Assembly (NCBI GenBank): GCA_038087875.1
Contig: JAXLNO010000385.1
Coordinates: 62,001 to 126,000 of the forward strand
Origin: Malacoraja senta
Taxonomy: Eukaryota
Direction of reading: 5' to 3'
Length of the DNA stretch: 64,000 nucleotides
The notes under the pieces are model-generated. The model searched no databases and was not told where the DNA came from. It saw nothing but the letters and a program-made list of their open reading frames with translations. A program made the position numbers and the translations under genes. Shown here in pieces: positions 53,785 through 64,000 of this stretch. The first letter of the stretch is position 1. Each line of letters starts with the position of its first letter.

Positions 53785-53984
53785 TTAATCCAGTTCTGTA
53801 ACTGAGTCGCACTCCTAAATCAGGCCTTTGTAACTCCGCAACCTGATTGCTCTCCTTCAGCATGTGTGTGATGGAAGCGAGATGGTCATTTCCAGACTGG
53901 GTGAGCACATTTTCCATCAGTTTCAGCTCTGTCTGTAGCTCCAGGATCAGGTGCCACCTTTTTCTTGTTACTTCAAAAACCTGT

Positions 53985-56900
53985 GGTAGATGCAGGAAAA
54001 ATGTTCCCAATGTTGGGCCGAGTCCAGAACCAGGGGCCACACACAGTCGTAGATTAAAGCGGTGGTCATTTAAGACTGAGGTGAGAAAAAAAAGTTTTCA
54101 CCCAGAGATCTGTTCAGGGCCTCCTCCATTACCAGAGTGAGGCCTACACACCTGGACGTCTTTGGTGTGTGGGAGAAAAACACACCTTGGGCCTTGGGAG
54201 CGGAGCGGAGCGAGGAGCTGCAAGCGGTCGCTGCATAACCCGCGCCCGTGTTTATGATCCCGCAGTCTAAGGAGAGCGATTATCCGAAGTTGAAAGAAGT
54301 TGAAGGCTGAAGGCTGTGTCATCGCTACGGACGGACAGACGGACGGAGCTGAGCAGTCAAAATGCCACCAAAGAAGAACGAGGAAATTGAGGATATAAAG
54401 AAGGCGCTTGATTTTCTGTCTGAGGAGATGGCTACTGTCTCTAAGCAGCAGAATATGATAATTAATTTGATGAGTGAAATTCAAGAACTGAAAAAACAAA
54501 ATGAGAAGGATAAGAGGATCGCCAGCCTAGAATGCCGTGTAACAGACCTGGAGCAGCACACAAGCATGAATGACATTATTGTCAGCGGACTGGAGACCAG
54601 GCCCCGGTCCTACGCCAGGGCGGGAACAGCAATGGCCGATGGGGAGCCCACCGCTCCAGACATGGACTCCGTGGAGCAACAGGTAACTGCTTTCTTTCAT
54701 AGCAAAGGCATATCCATATCCAATACAGACATTGAAGCATGTCATCCTTTACCTCGAAAAAACCAAAGTGTCAAACCAGCCATAATAATTCGTTTTACGT
54801 ACAGAAAACACAAAAATGCATTGCTCAGACAAGGGAAAAAGCTCAAGGGATCTGATGTTTATGTGAATGAGCACCTTACAAAAAAAATGCAGATATCGCC
54901 AGAAGCGCAGGCATCCTAAGGAAGCAAAAAAAAATCCAGTCAACCTGGACAACAAACTGTAAGGTGTTCATAAAGCTAAACGGGTCACCAGAGGAGGCTA
55001 ATGTGCTGACCATAAGGTACATCGAGGAGCTGGACAAGTACCAGTGACTCCAGAACAGTGACTGTGTCTATCAGTGAGATTGACTTGAACTATTATGACC
55101 ATGGACTCTTGTGAAGAGTTTGACTGTTTAAACTTGATAACAGCTGGAAATTAAAGGGACAATGATGACTGTGATGGTTGGAACTTTAAATCATTTAAAT
55201 TCACTGATCATAATATGCATGACATTGAACATGATATTGACCCTGAAAATAAATTTCTTGACAATATAAACAATAACTGCTGTTATTACTCTGAAGATCA
55301 ATTCAACATGAACATAAAATCAGATCATGGAATGTCAATAATTCATTTCAATAGCAGAAGTTTATATGCAAATTTTCACAACATTAAGGATTACTTAAGT
55401 CATCTAAACAAACCATTCAATGTGATAGCCATATCTGAGACCTGGCTTAGTACTGAAAAGGGTGTGGATTTTGAGTTAAATGGATATGAACTGAATTATA
55501 TAAATAGGAAAAATAAAAAAAGGAGGAGGGGTGGCTTTGTATGTAGATAAAAGATTAAATTATAAAATAGTGGAAAATATGACAACTAATATTGATGATG
55601 TGATGGAGATTATTACTGTAGAAATCTACCTGGAAAAAAAGAAAAATGTAATTGTAAGTTGTGTATACAGAGCACCTGGTTCCAATATTCAAATATTTAA
55701 GAATAGTATGGAAAGATTGTTTGCCAAGAAAGATCACAGAGTTGTGTTCATTTGTGGGGATTTTAATTTAGATCTCTTAAATCCCAACAAGCACAAACAG
55801 ACTGATGAATTTATCGATGTATTGTTCAGTATGAGTTTTTTTCCACTTATCACCAAACCAAGTAGAATAACATCTCACTGTGCAACTCTAATAGACAACA
55901 TATTTACAAACAGTATGGACAACAGCATAAAGAGTGGGTTACTATTAAATGACATCAGTGACCATCTGCCGGTTTTTGTAATGTTTGTTTGTGATTATGT
56001 TAAGTGTAAGGATGTTAATAAGATTAAATACAGGAGAGCAAGAACAGAAGAATCTATAAATAAATTTAGAAATGTATTACTGACCCAAAATTGGAAACAG
56101 GTGTTTAAAGAGACTGACACCAACAAAGCGTATGAAACATTCCTGATAATATTTAAATAATTATATGATGAACACTGTCCTTTGAAACAACAGAACAAGA
56201 AGCAAAAATATATAGTTAGGCCATGGATGACAAAAGGACTACAAAATGCATGCAAAAAAAAGAATATCTTGCAAAATAATTCATAAAATTTAGAACTATA
56301 GAAGCAGAAAGTAAATACAAAAGGTATAAAAAAACAAATTGACTAGTACTATGAGGACATGTAAGAAAGATTATTATAATAAAATATTAAATGATAATAA
56401 AAATAATATTAAGGGCATATGGAATGTGTTAAATAATATTATCAGGAATGGATCAATGAATATAAACTACCCTCGGTATTTTGAAGACAATGATACAACT
56501 GTAAGCGACATGAATGATGTGGTTAATGGGTTTAACACATTTTTTGTAAGTGTGGGACCAAAACTGGCAGAAGAAATCGATAATCCACAGTCAGAAGGAG
56601 AGGGGAAGGTTGTGGATTTGTTAGACAGCAACCCAAACTCAATGTTTTTGAAAGCAGCTGATGAAAAGGAGATTATTGACATTGTTAGTAATTGTAAGAA
56701 TAAAAGGTCTACAGACTGGAATGACATTGATATGGCTTTAATCAAGGTAGTCATTGGTGTAATTGTAAAACCCTTAACTTATATTTGCAATTTATCTTTC
56801 AAAACTGGTGTATTTCCATGTAAAATGAAAACTGTCAAAGTCATCCCACTATACAAAGCTGGAGACAGAAATCAATTTACAAATTACAGGGCGGTGTAGT

Positions 56901-58865
56901 TACTCTCTCAGTTCTCAAAAATATTAGAAAAACTGTATGTAAGTAGATTAGATAACTTTATCGAGAAGCACGAATTGCTAGTTGATAGTCAATATGGATT
57001 CAGGTCAAACAGATCGACATCCATGGCATTAATGGAGTTAATTGAAGACATTACCAGTTCTATAGATAACAAGAAATATGCAGTGGGTGTATTTATAGAT
57101 TTGAAAAAAGCATTCGATACAATTGATCATCATTTTCTAATCAAAAAATTGGAAAAGTATGGAATCAGAAGGGTTGTACTAGTGGATGAGAAGCTAGATA
57201 AGTAAAAGACATCAGTTTGTGCAAATATGGGACTGCAAATCAACATGCTTGGAAATAACTTGTGGTCCCACAGGGGTCGGTTTTGGGCCCCAAATTATTT
57301 ATTTTGTATATTAATGATATATGTAGGGTATCAAACCTCTTGAAATTTGTGTTATTTGCAGATGACACTAATATTTTCTGTGATGGGGACAATTTGCAGC
57401 AGCTTTTGGAGGTGGTCACAGCAGAAATGAGTAAACTAAAAACATGGTTTGATTTGAATAAATTATCATTAAATTTAAACAAAACCAAACTTATGCTGTT
57501 TGGAAAACGTAAAATAAATACACAAGTAAAAGTAATGATAAATAATGTTGAAATAGAAAGAGTGTATGAAAATAAATTTCTGGGTGTGATTCTTGATCAC
57601 AAAATCTGCTGGAAACCCCATATAAAACATGTGAGAGCAAAAGTAGCACGGAGTATTGGAGTGATGGGGAAAGCAAGGCATGTTTTGAATGAGAGAGCAC
57701 TGTATATTCTGTACAGCTCACTTGTGTTACCGTATTTAAATTACTGTGTGGAAGTATGGGGCAACACCTACAAAACCACCTTACAATTACTAAGCACACT
57801 ACAAAAAAGAGCTATTCGTATAGTAAACAATGTAGGATATCATGAACACACCAATATACTGTATTTAAAATTAGACACCTTAAAGATTAAGGATCTGGTA
57901 GAATTTAAGACTGCACAAATAATTTATAAAGCAAAAAATAAACTGCTACCTGTAAACATACAAAAAACTGTTCAGAGACAGAGAGGGGGGTTATAACTTT
58001 AGAGGGAAACTAAACTTGAAACAACATTATGCTCGGACCAATTTAAAACGTATGTGTATTTCTATTTGTGGGGTGGTTTTGTGGAATGGTCTTGATGAAA
58101 CGATTAAACAAAGTATGAATATAATGCAAGTTAAAAAAATGTACAAAAGGTATATCTTTGAAAAGTACAGTAATGAGGAAGGAGAATGTAAATCTCACAG
58201 ATGTTAATGGTGCTTGTTCTTTTTGTTCTTCTCTTTTTTTCTTCTTTTTTCTTAATAGCCTGATTGGAGTAGTTTTAATTGAATTGTCTGTTTATTTTAT
58301 TTTATTGAATTTTGCATTTGTTAATGGTGAAGTATGGGGGTAGGACGACAAGCATGGGCTTCTTCCTATCCCTTTTCCAACGAGTCCAATGTGTATTATG
58401 TTGAAATTGGCTTTTGATTTTTTAATTTATGTATGTACATATATGTTATGTATATGTGTATGTGTGTATATGTGTATATGTATGTATGTATATATGTACA
58501 TGTATATGTATGTATGTGTGTATGTATTTATGTATATACATAATTTTCCTTTATTTATTATTCATTTTCATCTTTTCTTTTATTTTTTTAATCGTTCGTT
58601 CGAAATAAAAGATATCAAAATCAAATCAAAAAGAGTTGTGAATTTGTGGAATTCCCTGCCACAGAGGGCAGTGGAGGCCAAGTCACTGGATGGATTTAAG
58701 AGAGAGTTAGATAGAGCTCTAGGGGCTAGTGGAGTCAAGGGATATGGGGAGAAGGCAGGCACGGGTTATTGATTGGGGACGATCAGCCATGATCACAATG
58801 AATGGCGGTGCTAGCTCGAATGGCCGAATGGCCTCCTCCTGCACCTATTTTCTATGTTTCTATGT
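53985..58865 (+). mobile_element. CR1 3' fragment (53985-54107 plus 58631-58865) split by a 4.5-kb LINE
   Basis: ...ttttcacccagaga resumes as agagttgtgaatttgtggaattcc at 58632. Confidence 0.85.
54195..58630 (+). mobile_element. Near-full-length CR1/L2-group (Crack/Daphne-like) LINE with frameshifted ORF1 and ORF2
   Basis: ORF1 coiled coil plus DIEACHPL...IIIRF...YVNEHLT; ORF2 [47 protein letters not shown]; (aaatc)n tail. Confidence 0.88.
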
Positions 58866-59009
58866 AATGGATCCATCTTGGTCAGTTTTATAACCGTAAG
58901 GAGAGTTGTCAGCCTTATTCACAGGACGTCTTGGTGCAGGGGTTGTTCCCCAAGTCCAACCTCAGGATAAAAAGGAGGGTTAATAGCCCCATTGTCGTTT
59001 CTTGGTTCC

Positions 59010-59370
59010 CCTCCATTTAGTCAATCGTGTCAGATGTCTTCAATGGGTGAAATCTTCAATCTTCACGGTGGTTGGTGTCGTAGTAGCACCCGGTACAGTC
59101 CCCTCCAACACAGACCCAATTTCGTCCGATCCCAGTACCTTAGCAGTATGTAGTCTCCCAAGTAGTATGGATTGTGTCTGTGTTCAACTGGCAGTGGCTT
59201 CTGCGTTTCCAATACCTCTGAATGCAAGACCGACAAGGTTCGGGTTAATTGCAGTGCGCTTGTAATTAATTAATCGCTGAGGGCCTGTCGGTCAAAACTA
59301 ACTTCCACACTCTTTAGTGTCCTATTCATTCCCTCCACCAATCCAGAATTCTATGGGTGGTGGGGTATGT
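59010..59370 (-). pseudogene. Retroviral integrase remnant (core end plus GPY/F module)
   Basis: HIPHHP*NSGLVEGMNRTLK ... LGDYILLRYWDRTKLGLCWRGLYRVLL/TTPTTVKIE. Confidence 0.8.
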
Positions 59371-59629
59371 AAGATCACTCTCTAACTACTTACAAGGCAG
59401 ACCCTTTAAAAAGTAAAAAAAAGATCATTATTAAGAAGAAAAAACAAGTTAAAAATATTCCCAATTGTTCCAAGCTATATCCCCCAAATTTACGATTTCA
59501 AATTAACAGATTTTGTTCTGAGATAAAGGAATCTCCAATCTCAGCTAGCACAACTATCTGGATGCGTGAAACATATATGGGGGGATGATTTTTGTATGTA
59601 ATTGTTTGTAATTGTATTTGTTAGTCTGT

Positions 59630-60247
59630 GTTCAAGATGGCGGTCGGAGGGGAGAGTGGGACGCTGGCGTTAAATTGCCGCTGCTCTCTCCTCAAATTGT
59701 GCTTCTGATTTTCTTTTTTTTTGTTGTGTTTTGGAAGGAATTCTGTCCCTGATTTATGTATTGGTCTTTATAACCTATTTTTTTTAAATTCTGATTATAT
59801 GTTTTCTATAAATCTCTGTATGGTGTCCTTGAGTCCTCGGTATAAGGCGCCCGTAAATAAAATCCATTATTATTATTATTATATAAAATTATTAAGGGTT
59901 TGGACACGCTAGAGGCAGGAAACATGTTCCCGATGTTGGGGGAGTCCAGAACCAGGGGCCACACAGTTTAAGAATAAGGGGTAAGCCATTTGAAACGGAG
60001 ACGAGGGAAACACTTTTTCTCACAGAATGTTGAGTCTGCGGAATTCTCTGCCTCAGTGGAGGCGGGTTCACTGGATGCTTTCAAAAGAGAGGTAGATAGG
60101 AGTCTTAAAAATAGCGGAGTCAGGGGAGATTGGGAGAAGGCAGGAAAGGAGTGCTGATTGGGGATGATCAGCCATGATCACATTGAATGGCGGTGCTGGC
60201 TCGAAGGGCCGAATGGCCTACTCCTGCACCTATTGTCTATTGTCTAT
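59630..60247 (+). mobile_element. Short L2-tailed element (59630-59882) followed by a CR1 3' fragment (59883-60247)
   Basis: aaggcgcc..aaataaaat..(tta)n tail; CR1 3' UTR. Confidence 0.7.
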
Positions 60248-60809
60248 GCCACGTGGCCGTGGAATTCAGGTTTCTATTTGAACTCAATTCAAAAGATAAG
60301 ATATAGGAGGAAAATAATCTTAAAGTTAAGAATAAACAATTAATTTTCATAGATTGCAAGCTCATTCAATGACATCCTATTTCATCTGTCACGGACCATT
60401 TCATCAAAAGGAGAATATGTACGAGTATATAAATATAGTCTGGTACTGGATGTCAAGTATCCCGATAGGCTTTGGGAGAATGAGACAGAACGAAATCGTG
60501 AACCAAAGGAGAATAGAGCTGCAGGTTTCTAGGCAGCATAGCCTTGAAAAGAACAGAGAGAGCTCTCTAGACTCATAAGGGACAGAACTTAGATGAGTGA
60601 CAACTTGAAAGAACATCCTAGAATACTTTGAGATCTTTGGGTTAGAACAAATACTTCCCTTCGAACATTGAAAAAAAATTAGTACAAATGAACAGGCAAA
60701 AACATACATCAGGTATACAAATTTGTCCGAGAGGAGTGAGCTAGAGTGGCTCAGCCCCTCGTATCCAAAAATCGCGTTGCGCACTAGACGCGTCCCTCCG
60801 TATCAACTT

Positions 60810-61380
60810 TACATTCTACTCCCTTGTCTGACAGAGCCGTTCTGTTTAAAATAATCTTTGTTTCTGTGGGGACCAATGTTGCAGAATTCGCAAGCTGGGG
60901 CATTCTCCTGGGAGACTTTGTGAACTGGGACTGGGAGGGTGGGAGGGGCTAAGGCTGGCACTGCCTTTAAATTGTAAAAGTCGTCTAGTTGAAAGTGAGA
61001 AGTTGAAATGAACAAAGGGAGTAGTTTAGTTTAATGGTGGGCGGGCTAATGTCGTTCAAAATGGGAGTGGTCCGAGCTGTGATTGGACAGTGATCCAGAT
61101 TGTGATTGGCCAGTCTCCCCCTCTTCTATAAGGGTCGCCATGCCAGACATAGCGTCTCGGAGGGCTTACCGGTAACCGATTTGTTCTTAACTACTGATTG
61201 CTGTTCTCCGACCTCTTCTTATCATCGCTTTCTTTCTCTGCCTTAACCCTTAACTCCTATCCCTCAGCCCACGGGCATTCCATCTGCAGTACTTTCCATC
61301 CTTTAATAGTTCCGTCTTTATTCCACAATTCAATCCCTCTTTCACAAACGTAATCCATCCAACTCCTATCTCGCGTCTCC

Positions 61381-61463
<83 letters not shown>

Positions 61464-61966
61464 CTCTCTCTCCTCCTTCAATAGTCTCCACATTCCATAT
61501 TCATTCTACTGGCCAAGACTCATCACCCAAACGTTTGGTAAATGTATAATTCATATTCCCCCCTCCCTGTTCCACCCCCTCCATCCCTCTTCCTCCCCCC
61601 CCCTCTCCCCCCCTTCTCTCTCTGCCCTCACTCTCTACCCCCCTCCCTCTCTAGACGTGCCTGCGAGTTGGGGGCTATGCGTCAGTAGATAGGGCGGTTA
61701 TGGGGTAAAAGGAGCAGGTTAATAATATTAATATATTGACGAGGGGAGTCGTTAGCGTGTGTGTGCGGGGGGGGGTAGTTAGTGTGTGTGTGGGGGTGGT
61801 TAATGTGTGTGACGCCGCATGCCACCCCCTCCTGCAACCGCACGTTGGGGGAACAGATCCAACGGGTCTGCACTTGGTCTAGTATTCTATAATCCTTGTT
61901 GTTCTCAGGAAACAACATGTGTTGTACAGCCGTCTTTCCGTCACTCTTATCCAAATTATTTCCCAT
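60810..61966 (-). pseudogene. ERV gag remnants (MA start, decayed zinc knuckle), interrupted by a Helitron and (GA)n
   Basis: MGNNLDKS myristoylation-type start at 61966; continues YTFTKRLGDESWPVE after 61549; CEFCNIGPHRNKDY (C-X2-C-X4-H-X4, last TGT changed to TAT) at about 60892-60851. Confidence 0.6.
61550..61882 (+). mobile_element. Non-autonomous Helitron 3' part
   Basis: Hairpin cagatcc-aac-gggtctg (61854-61870), CTAG terminus (61879-61882) followed by T; no TSD. Confidence 0.75.
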
Positions 61967-62216
61967 GTCTATCCAAACACCGACTACTTACTGTGTACAC
62001 AAACTGTAACAAACTTTTTCAGCCTGTTATGCCCGATCCTTTATATTAGTAACAAACCTTTGCAGTCTGTTGTGCCCGATGATGGCTACTGTCTCTGATA
62101 GCAAATTCACATCAGTCTTTTCAATACACTTTGTGACAAAACCTACTAGACAATGCTTTTGTAGAAGAACTACTCGATTTTGTAAACCATATTAGATTTG
62201 ACTATTAGCTCTTTCA

Positions 62217-62735
62217 GGAGGGGAGGGAGGGGAGGGGAGGAGAGAGGAGGAGAGAGGAGGGGAGGAGAGGAGAGGGGAGGAGAGGGAGGAGAGGAGAGAG
62301 GAGGAGAGAGGAGGAGAGGGGAGGAGAGGGGAGGGGAATAGGGAGGAGAGGGGAGGGGAAGAGGGAGGAGAGGGGAGGGGAGGGGAGGAGAGGGGAGGGG
62401 AAGAGGGTAGGAGAGAGGAGGGAGGGGAGGAGAGGGAGGGAGAGGATAGGGGGGAGAGGGAGGGGAGGAGAGGAGAGAGGAGAGGGGAGGGGAGGAGAGG
62501 GGAGGAGAGGGGAGGCGATGGGAGGAGAGTGGAGGGGAAGAGGGGAGGGGAAGAGGGGAGGGGAGGAGAGATGAAGTGAGGAGAGTGGAGGCGAGAGGAG
62601 AGGGGAGGGGAAGAGGGGAGGAGAGGGGAGGAGAGGGTAGGAGAGGGGAGGGGAAGAGGGGAGGAGAGTGGAGGAGAGGGGAGGAGAGAGGAGGAGAGGG
62701 TAGGAGAGATGAGGTGAGGAGAGGGGAGGGAGAGC
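62217..62735. repeat. Polypurine (GGAGA/GGAGG)n low-complexity tract
   Basis: Directly visible. Confidence 0.95.
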
Positions 62736-63234
62736 TCTCCATATTCATTAATTATCATTTTATTACAGAGCATGTGGCAAATTGTGTCCACAATACACCG
62801 TCAGAAAGCTAACCCCCTCTCCTCTGGCCCCTACACCCCCTCTCCGTAACGCCCTGCACTCCAGCCCCTTCAACCCCCTCTCCCCATCTCTGTGACCCCC
62901 TCCCCTCCGACTCCTGCACCCCCTCAACCCGTCTCTTTAGTTTAACAAATCACCCCCTTCTTTCTCCGACAGATTAATTCCACCCGGTCCCTCCCTCCAT
63001 CATCTCCCTCCCTCTGTCCCCCCCTCCCTCACCTCCCTCCCTCTCTCATTCCCTCCCTCCCTCACCTCCCTCCCTCTCTCCCTCCCTAACTCCATCCCTC
63101 CCTCCCTCTACATCGTGCGAGACGGGGCGATATTTTAGGAGGTTTTACGAATAAACTCTGATCTCTTAAATCCTTTACTGAGTTTTAAGTAGATGTACTA
63201 ATGATTTTAACTGTATGTGTGTGTGTATGTGTAT

Positions 63235-64000
63235 TAGACAATAGACAATAGACAATAGGTGCAGGAGTAGGCCATTTGGCCCTTCGAGCCAGCACCCCGT
63301 TCCTGCCTTCTCCCAATATCCCCTGACTCCGCTATTTTTAAGAGCCCCATCTAGCTCTCTCTTGAAAGTATCCGGAGAACCTGCCTCCACCTGAGGCAGA
63401 GAATTCCACAGACTCGCCACTCTCTGTGAGAAAAAGTGTTTCCTTGTCTCTATTCTAAATGGCTTACTCCTTATTCTTAAACTGTGGCCCCTGGTTCTGG
63501 ACTGTGTATGTGTATTAGACAAGACAATAGACAATAGGTGCAGTAGTAGGCCATTTGGCCCTTCGAGCCAGCACCGCCATTCACTGTGATCACGGCTGAT
63601 GATCCCCAATCAGTACCCCGTTCCTGCCTTCTCCCAATATCCCCTGACTCCGCTATTTTTAAGAGCCCCATCTAGCTCTCTCTTGAAAGTATCCGGAGAA
63701 CCTGCCTCAACCGCCCTCTGAGGCAGAGAATTCCACAGACTCACCACTCTCTGTGAGAAAAAGTGTTTCCTCGTCTATGTTCTAAATGGCTAAGTATTCT
63801 TAAACTGTGTGTGGCCCCTGGTTCTGGACTCGCCCAACATCGGGAACATGTTTCCTGCCTCTAGCGTGTCCAAGCCCTTAACAATCTTATATGTTTCAAT
63901 GAGAAATCCCCTCTCATCCTTCTAAACTCCAGAGTGTACAAGCCCAGCTGCTCCATTCTCTCAGCATATGACAGTCCCGCCATCCCGGGAATTAACCTTG
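63235..64000 (-). mobile_element. Two tandem CR1/HER1 3' fragments
   Basis: (agacaat)n tails at about 63236 and 63516; SRTRGHSL...FFSQRV motifs. Confidence 0.88.

Larger units (their letters stand above)
50837..62216 (-). mobile_element. Defective class I (gamma/epsilon-like) endogenous retrovirus, interrupted by several younger elements
   Basis: Shared LTR start TGAAAGAGCTAATAGTCAAATCTAAT at 62216 and 51998; gag, integrase and env-anchor remnants in the correct order and strand; PPT AAAAAGGAGGGAA abutting the 3' LTR. Confidence 0.8.

Noticed and set aside
62170..62812. Pro/Ser/Leu-rich ORFs of about 190 aa
   Set aside because: Low-complexity polypurine tract.

Overview
Repeat-dense vertebrate genomic DNA, most likely from a cartilaginous fish (skate/ray/shark). 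This is inferred from HE1-type SINEs, HER1/CR1 LINEs and two-exon GPR139/142-like receptor genes. Main content: (1) a cluster of GPR139-like GPCR genes: a lone first exon at 2889-2967 (-), a frameshifted copy (+; exons 19206-19275 and 23860-24756) and an intact 324-aa copy (-; exons 41081-41012 and 36447-35543); (2) the last two lie in the arms of a large inverted duplication (about 10799-28976 mirrored by 31262-49006) around a 200-N scaffold gap; (3) a Gypsy/Mag LTR retrotransposon (6111-10798) without target-site duplication, ending exactly at the arm boundary; (4) a heavily interrupted class I (gamma/epsilon-like) endogenous retrovirus on the minus strand (about 50837-62216), whose env region holds an intronless thrombospondin-2-like fragment plus a coiled-coil fragment between a signal-peptide-like start and a membrane anchor, i.e. 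an apparent retroviral capture of host cDNA; (5) Penelope-like remnants with minimal hammerhead ribozyme motifs, Helitron pieces including a Pif1 helicase fragment, L1, L2, Rex1 and CR1 LINEs, MITEs and microsatellites. All homology calls come from motif recognition by eye; no searches were run, and identity figures are hand estimates.
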